Source: an uncultured Gemmatimonadaceae bacterium
GTDB taxonomy: Bacteria; Gemmatimonadota; Gemmatimonadetes; Gemmatimonadales; Gemmatimonadaceae
NCBI GenBank assembly: GCA_963751275.1
Contig: CAVVTZ010000008.1
Coordinates: 32,001 to 96,000, forward strand
Length of the DNA: 64,000 nucleotides
Direction of reading: 5' to 3'
Numbering within the stretch: position 1 is the first letter of the stretch; the number at the start of each line of letters is the position of its first letter. This document shows positions 58,805 through 64,000 of this stretch, piece after piece. Below the pieces are notes generated by a model. That model had not been told where the DNA came from. It did no database searches and saw only the letters and a list, made by a program, of their open reading frames with translations. The position numbers and the translations under genes were made by a program.

Positions 58805-59976
58805 TCCGACACAGGTCCCCGCGCCGGTCGACATCCCGTCACCCGCCAGCGCCGCCTCCTTCAATTCAAGGCGGTGCTGCAGCGGATGATCGAGCAGAAC
58901 GCCTCCGACCTCCACTTGAAGGTGGGCCGGCCGCCGGTGCTGCGGATCAACGGCGATCTCTCCACGCTCGACGTGCCGCCGCTGCGCCCCGAGGACCTGA
59001 AGGTCCTCGCCGAGCAGATCATGACGCCGAAGCAGGTGAAGGAGTTCGCCGAGAACAAGGAGGCGGACTTCGCGATCGGCGTCCCGGGCATCGGCCGTTT
59101 CCGCGTGAACGTCTACCAGCAGCGCGGCACGATCGCCTACGCGCTTCGCGCGGTGCCGTACCAGGTGAAGACGATCACGGAGCTGAACCTGCCGGCCGGT
59201 GGTCGAGCAGATCGCGATGAAGCCGCGCGGCCTGGTGCTCGTCACCGGCGTCACGGGTTCGGGCAAGTCGACGGCGCTCGCCGCGATGATCCAGCACATC
59301 AACGAGAAGCGGCACGCGAACATCATCACGATCGAGGACCCGATCGAGTTCCTGCACCGCGACATCAACTCGTCGATCAACCAGCGCGAAGTGGGCGCCG
59401 ACACCGGATCCTTCTCGGTCGCGCTGCGGCGCGTGCTGCGGCAGGACCCCGACGTCATCCTGATCGGCGAGATCCGCGACCTCGAGACGCTCGAGATCGC
59501 GCTCAAGGCCGCCGACACGGGCCACCTGGTGTTCTCGACGCTGCACACCACCGACGCGACGCAGACGATCAACCGCGTGATCTCCTTCTACGCGCCGCAC
59601 CAGCAGGCCGAGGTGCGGTTCACGCTCTCGAGGGCGCTGTCCGCCGTCATCTCGCTGCGCCTCGTGCCGCGCGCCGACGGCAAGGGACGCGTGCCCGCCG
59701 TGCGAGATCCTCGTCAACACCGCGGCGGTGCGCGACAACATCCGCGACATGTCGAAGTCGCTCAACATCCCCGACCTGATCAAGGAAGGCACGGTGCAGT
59801 ACGGGATGCAGACCTTCGACCAGTCGCTCATGCAGTGGTACACGAAGAAGGTGATCTCCTTCGAGCAGGCGCTGTTCTACGCGAGCAATCCGAGCGAGTT
59901 CGCGCTGCGGGTGCAGGGTGTGGAAGCGTCCAGCGACACGTCGTGGGACGACTTCCAGCGCGACGGCTCCGCCTGA
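58797..59976 (+). CDS. pilT: PilT/PilU family type IV pilus retraction ATPase (frameshifts near 58865, 59195 and 59700)
   Basis: ASDLHL..G.PP..RI.G, GRFRVN, VTGVTGSGKST, TIEDPIE, QREVG.DT, LRQDPDVILIGEIRD, TGHLVFSTLHT, GMQTFDQ. Confidence 0.9.
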
Positions 59977-59999
59977 TCCGCGCGGCGCGCGGGCTCTAA

Positions 60000-61356
60000 A
60001 TGTTCAAGAAGATCCTCATCGCGAATCGCGGCGAGATCGCGCTCCGCGTGATCCGCGCGTGCCGCGAACTCGGCATCCAGACGGTGGCGGTCTACTCCGA
60101 GGCCGACCGCGAATCGCTGCACGTGCGCTTCGCCGACGATGACGTGTGCATCGGGCCGGCCCCCGCGCGCGATTCGTACCTGAACATCCCGCGCCTCATC
60201 GCCGCCGCCGAGATCGCGGCGCCGACGCGATCCATCCCGGCTACGGCTTCCTCGCCGAGAACGCCGAGTTCGCGGAGATCGTGCGCGGCGTCGAACATCG
60301 CGTTCATCGGCCCCACGCGCGCAGCAGATCCGCATGATGGGCGACAAGGCGGCGGCGCGGCAAGCGATGACCGCGGTCGGCGTCCCCGTGGTGCCCGGCA
60401 CGCCGGGTCCCGTCGAGGACGTCGATGAGGCGCTCGGCTTCGCCGAAGCAGATCGGATTCCCGGTCATCATCAAGGCCGCCGCGGGCGGCGGCGGGAAGG
60501 GGATGCGCGTCGCGCTCGACGCCGACGACTTCGCGCGCGCCTTCCAGCTCGCGCGCTCCGAGGCGCTCTCGGCGTTCGGCAACGGCGACGTGTACGTCGA
60601 GAAGTACCTGCAGCGCCCGCGGCACATCGAGTTCCAGATCCTGGGGGACAAGCACGGCAACGTGATCCATCTCGGCGAGCGCGACTGCTCCGTGCAGCGG
60701 CGCCACCAGAAGCTGATCGAGGAGAGCCCGAGCCCCGCGATGACGCCGAAGCTGCGCGAGAAGATGGGCGACGACGCGGTGCGCGGCGCCAAGGCGATCG
60801 AGCTACGTCGGCGCCGGCACGATCGAGATGCTGCTCGACGAGGACGGCTCGTACTACTTCATGGAGATGAACACGCGCATCCAGGTGGAGCATCCCGTCA
60901 CGGAGATGATCACCGGCGTGGACCTCGTGAAGGAGCAGATCCGAGTCGCGGCGGGCGAGAAGCTGATCGATCACGGAGATGCCGCCGCTGCGCGGGCACG
61001 TCATCGAGTGCCGCGTGAACGCGGAGGATCCGGCGCGCAACTTCCAGCCGTCGCCGGGGCGCATCGACGTCTTCCACCCGCCGGGCGGCCCGGGCGTGCG
61101 CATCGACACGCACATCTACGCGGGCTACACGGTGCCGCCGTATTACGATTCGCTGCTGGCCAAGGTGATCTGCCAGGGGCGGGACCGCGCCGAGGCGGTG
61201 AAGCGGATGCAGGTGGCGCTCGAGAGCTTCGTGCTCGAAGGGGTGACCACGACGATCCCGTTCCTGGCGCGCGTGATGCAGAACCCCCGCTTCCAGTCGG
61301 GGAAGATCGACACCAAATTCCTCGAGAGGGAAAGCGACCTGATGAAGGAGACCTAG
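60000..61356 (+). CDS. accC: Biotin carboxylase (several apparent frameshifts)
   Basis: [51 protein letters not shown]. Confidence 0.95.
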
Positions 61357-62103
61357 ATGCGCATCGACGTCGTCTTCGGCCCGGGCGCTGCGGCGCCGGC
61401 GCTCGTGAGCGGGCGCGCCGTGGCGATCATCGATGTCCTCCGGGCCTCCACCACCATCGCCGCCGCGCTGCACCACGGCGCGCGCTTCGTCGTGCCGCTC
61501 GAGAGCGCCGACGAAGTGATCACGCGATCCAAGGCGCTCGACCGCTCCGAAGTGATCCTGGGCGGCGAGCGGAAGATGTTGCCGATCGAAGGTTTCGATC
61601 TGGGCAACTCGCCGCTCGACTACACGCGCGAGAAGGTGGAAGGGAAGACCGTGCTCTTCACCACGACCAACGGCACCGCGGCCTTCGCCGGCCTCTCGGG
61701 CGCGCGCGAGATCGTGGTCGGGTGCTACGCGAACTTCTCGGCGGTGGCGCGTGTGCTGCGCGCCGCGACCAAGCAGGGCGCCGACGTCACGATCATCTGC
61801 GCGGGACGCGACCGGCAGTTCGCGCTCGAGGATGCCGCGTGCGCGGGGCGGTTCGTGAAGGCGGTAGGCCGCCGCGCGACCACCACCGTGCTCAGCGATG
61901 CCGCCGTCGCGTGCCTGCTCATCGAGAAGCGCTACGGCGACAACATCGCGCGCCTCTTCGGCGACAGCGAGCACGGGCGCGCGCTCACCGACGCTGGCTT
62001 CGGCGCCGATCTCGAGGCGTGCGCACGGATCGATGGCTATCCGGTGGTGCCCGTGTACCAGGACCGCCAGATCAGCGCGGCGGACGCCGCGCGAGGCAGA
62101 TAA
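61357..62103 (+). CDS. comB: 2-phosphosulfolactate phosphatase family protein
   Basis: [16 protein letters not shown]....[22 protein letters not shown]. Confidence 0.88.
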   Translation: MRIDVVFGPGAAAPALVSGRAVAIIDVLRASTTIAAALHHGARFVVPLESADEVITRSKALDRSEVILGGERKMLPIEGFDLGNSPLDYTREKVEGKTVLFTTTNGTAAFAGLSGAREIVVGCYANFSAVARVLRAATKQGADVTIICAGRDRQFALEDAACAGRFVKAVGRRATTTVLSDAAVACLLIEKRYGDNIARLFGDSEHGRALTDAGFGADLEACARIDGYPVVPVYQDRQISAADAARGR

Positions 62104-64000
62104 TGAGCATGTGGACGAAGGAGCACCGCCGCGAGTATCTCGCGATCGGGCTCCTGATGCTCAGTCTCTTCATGCTCGTCGCGATCGCGATCGGCCCGGG
62201 CGACGCGCCAATGCGCGCGTGCTACAACGTGCCCGGAGGGATGGGGCCGGCCGGCTATTGCCTGCGCTCGTTCTTCGTGCAGATCTTCGGACTGCCGGCC
62301 ACCGTGCTCCTCGCGTTGACGCCGGGCGTGTGGGGGCTGCAGGTGTTCGGCCACATGAAGGCCGAATCGAACCGATCGTGGTTCCTGTTCCTCTTCGGGC
62401 TCGTGCTGCTGGCGCCCATCGGGATCGGACTCGCGGAGCATGATTGGGCGGCGTCGGCGAGCAACCTGAGCGGGTTCTGGGGCGGTTTCTGGAGTTTCTA
62501 TCTCGACAAGTGGTTCAAGTTCGGCGCCTGGTTCGTGCTCGTGGCGATGGTCAGCATGCTCGCGTTCGCCACGATCGCGCTGAACCCGATCCGCGTGCTG
62601 CTCGGCTTCCTGCCGCGGCCTTCGGAGGCGACTCCGGTCGTCGAGGAGGAGCCGGCGAAGAAGAAGCGCCGGAAGGACAACGCGCTCGAACCGTCGCCGG
62701 AGGAATTCGCGGCGATCGAACCGTCGCCCGTCACGCTCGACGAGGAGCCGGCGCGCGAGAAGAAAAAGAAGAAGAGCAAGGCCGAACTCGCGGCCGAGCA
62801 CGATGAGAAGATCGCCTCGGCGATCGATGCGCACGTGCACGTGCCCGAGGCGGACGACGAACTGCCGCCGCCCTCGCTGCTCGAGCCCGCGAAGATCCGC
62901 GACCACGCCGGTGAAGAGCTCGCGCTGCAGGCGCTCGGCGAGAAACTCATCACGACGCTCCAGTCGTTCAACGTGGGCGCGAAGCTGGGCGAGCACACGT
63001 CGGGACCGGTGGTCACCCAGTTCGAGGTGGAGCCGAACCAGGGGGTGAAGGTCCGGCAGATCGCGAATCTTTCCAACGATCTCGCCCTCGCGATGAAGGC
63101 GCAGAGCATCCGCATCGTCGCGCCGATCCCGGGGCGCGGCGCGGTGGGCGTGGAAGTGCCGAACCCGACGCGCGGAGATCGTGGCGCTGCGCGAACTCAT
63201 CGAGAGCGACGAGTTCACGAAGGCGCGCGCGGCGCTGCCGATCATTCTGGGAAAGGATCTCGAGGGAAAGCCGGTGGTGGCGGATCTCGCGAAGATGCCG
63301 CACCTCCTGATCGCGGGCGCCACGGGATCGGGAAAATCCGTGTGCGTGAACACGCATCATCACGAGCCTCGTGTACCGGCACACGCCGCGCACGCTGCGG
63401 TTCCTGATGGTGGACCCGAAGATGGTCGAGCTGTCGGTGTACAACAAACTGCCGCACCTGCGGCACAAGGTCATCACCGACAACCGCGACGCCGCGAGCG
63501 TCTTGAAGTGGGCGCAGGTGGAGATGCAGCAGCGGTACGAGCTGTGCGCGGAGAACGGCTGCCGCAACATCCAGGAATTCAACAAGCGGCTGAAGAGCAA
63601 GGCCGCGATGAAGTGGCCGAAGCAGCCGAACGTGGCGTTCGAGGCGCGCGAGTACACCGAGGGCGAGCTGCCGTACATCGTCATCGTGATCGACGAGCTC
63701 GCCGACCTCATGATGACCGTGCAGAGCGAAGTGGAGACGCCGCTCGCGATTCTCGCGCAGAAGGCGCGCGCGATCGGGATCCATCTGATCCTCGCGACGC
63801 AGCGTCCGAGCGTGAACGTGATCACCGGGCTCATCAAGGCGAATTTCCCGAGCCGGATCGCGTTCCGCGTGGCGTCGCAAGTCGACAGCCGCACCATCAT
63901 CGACGGCATGGGCGCGGAGTCGCTGCTGGGGAACGGCGACATGCTGTTCATCCCGCCGGGGAAGAGCGACCTGTCGCGCATCCAGGGGGCGCTCATCACG
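62103..64000 (+). CDS. ftsK: DNA translocase FtsK (3' partial; frameshifts near 63170 and 63355)
   Basis: 4TM N-terminus, GPVVT.FE..P..GVK, RI.APIPG...[49 protein letters not shown]. Confidence 0.95.

Noticed and set aside
61357..62103. comB as evidence of coenzyme M synthesis
   Set aside because: ComB-family phosphatases are widespread in bacteria, and no other com genes are present in the window.

Overview
This is a high-GC (about 69% by eye), gene-dense core-genome window, almost all on the + strand. Gene content and protein style suggest a Gemmatimonadota-like (FCB-related) diderm; this is inference, not a database result. Gene order: end of the alpha operon (rpoA-rplQ-rpmB); nucleotide-sugar/capsule genes interleaved with carB; a divergent GT-C glycosyltransferase/lipoprotein pair; ugd-uxs-epimerase-bamD-nadD-secA; radC-rel; uvrB-tsaE-tsaB-rimI-ssb; a LysM/TsaP-like protein; galE-like gene plus tol-pal-cpoB-tatC-lptD; an FN3 lipoprotein; hutH-hutU-[radical SAM]-hutI; a large TPR protein, ispB, DUF4321-like, tatA and ppiD; then a second TPR protein, aroQ-pepP-accB-[pilT]-accC-comB-ftsK (partial). 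Many core genes carry small frameshifts that look like long-read assembly errors. I saw no rRNA, tRNA, CRISPR array or transposase. Best leads: (1) exported proteins are strongly enriched for the Bacteroidota O-glycosylation sequon D-(S/T)-(A/I/L/V/M/T), in a window that also holds a GT-C enzyme and Man/Rha/GlcA/Xyl donor genes; (2) a dispersed palindromic intergenic repeat family with 21-bp internal periodicity; (3) an uncharacterised radical SAM enzyme embedded in the histidine utilisation operon; (4) a PilT-family ATPase and SgmX-like TPR proteins mixed into the aroQ-pepP-accBC locus.
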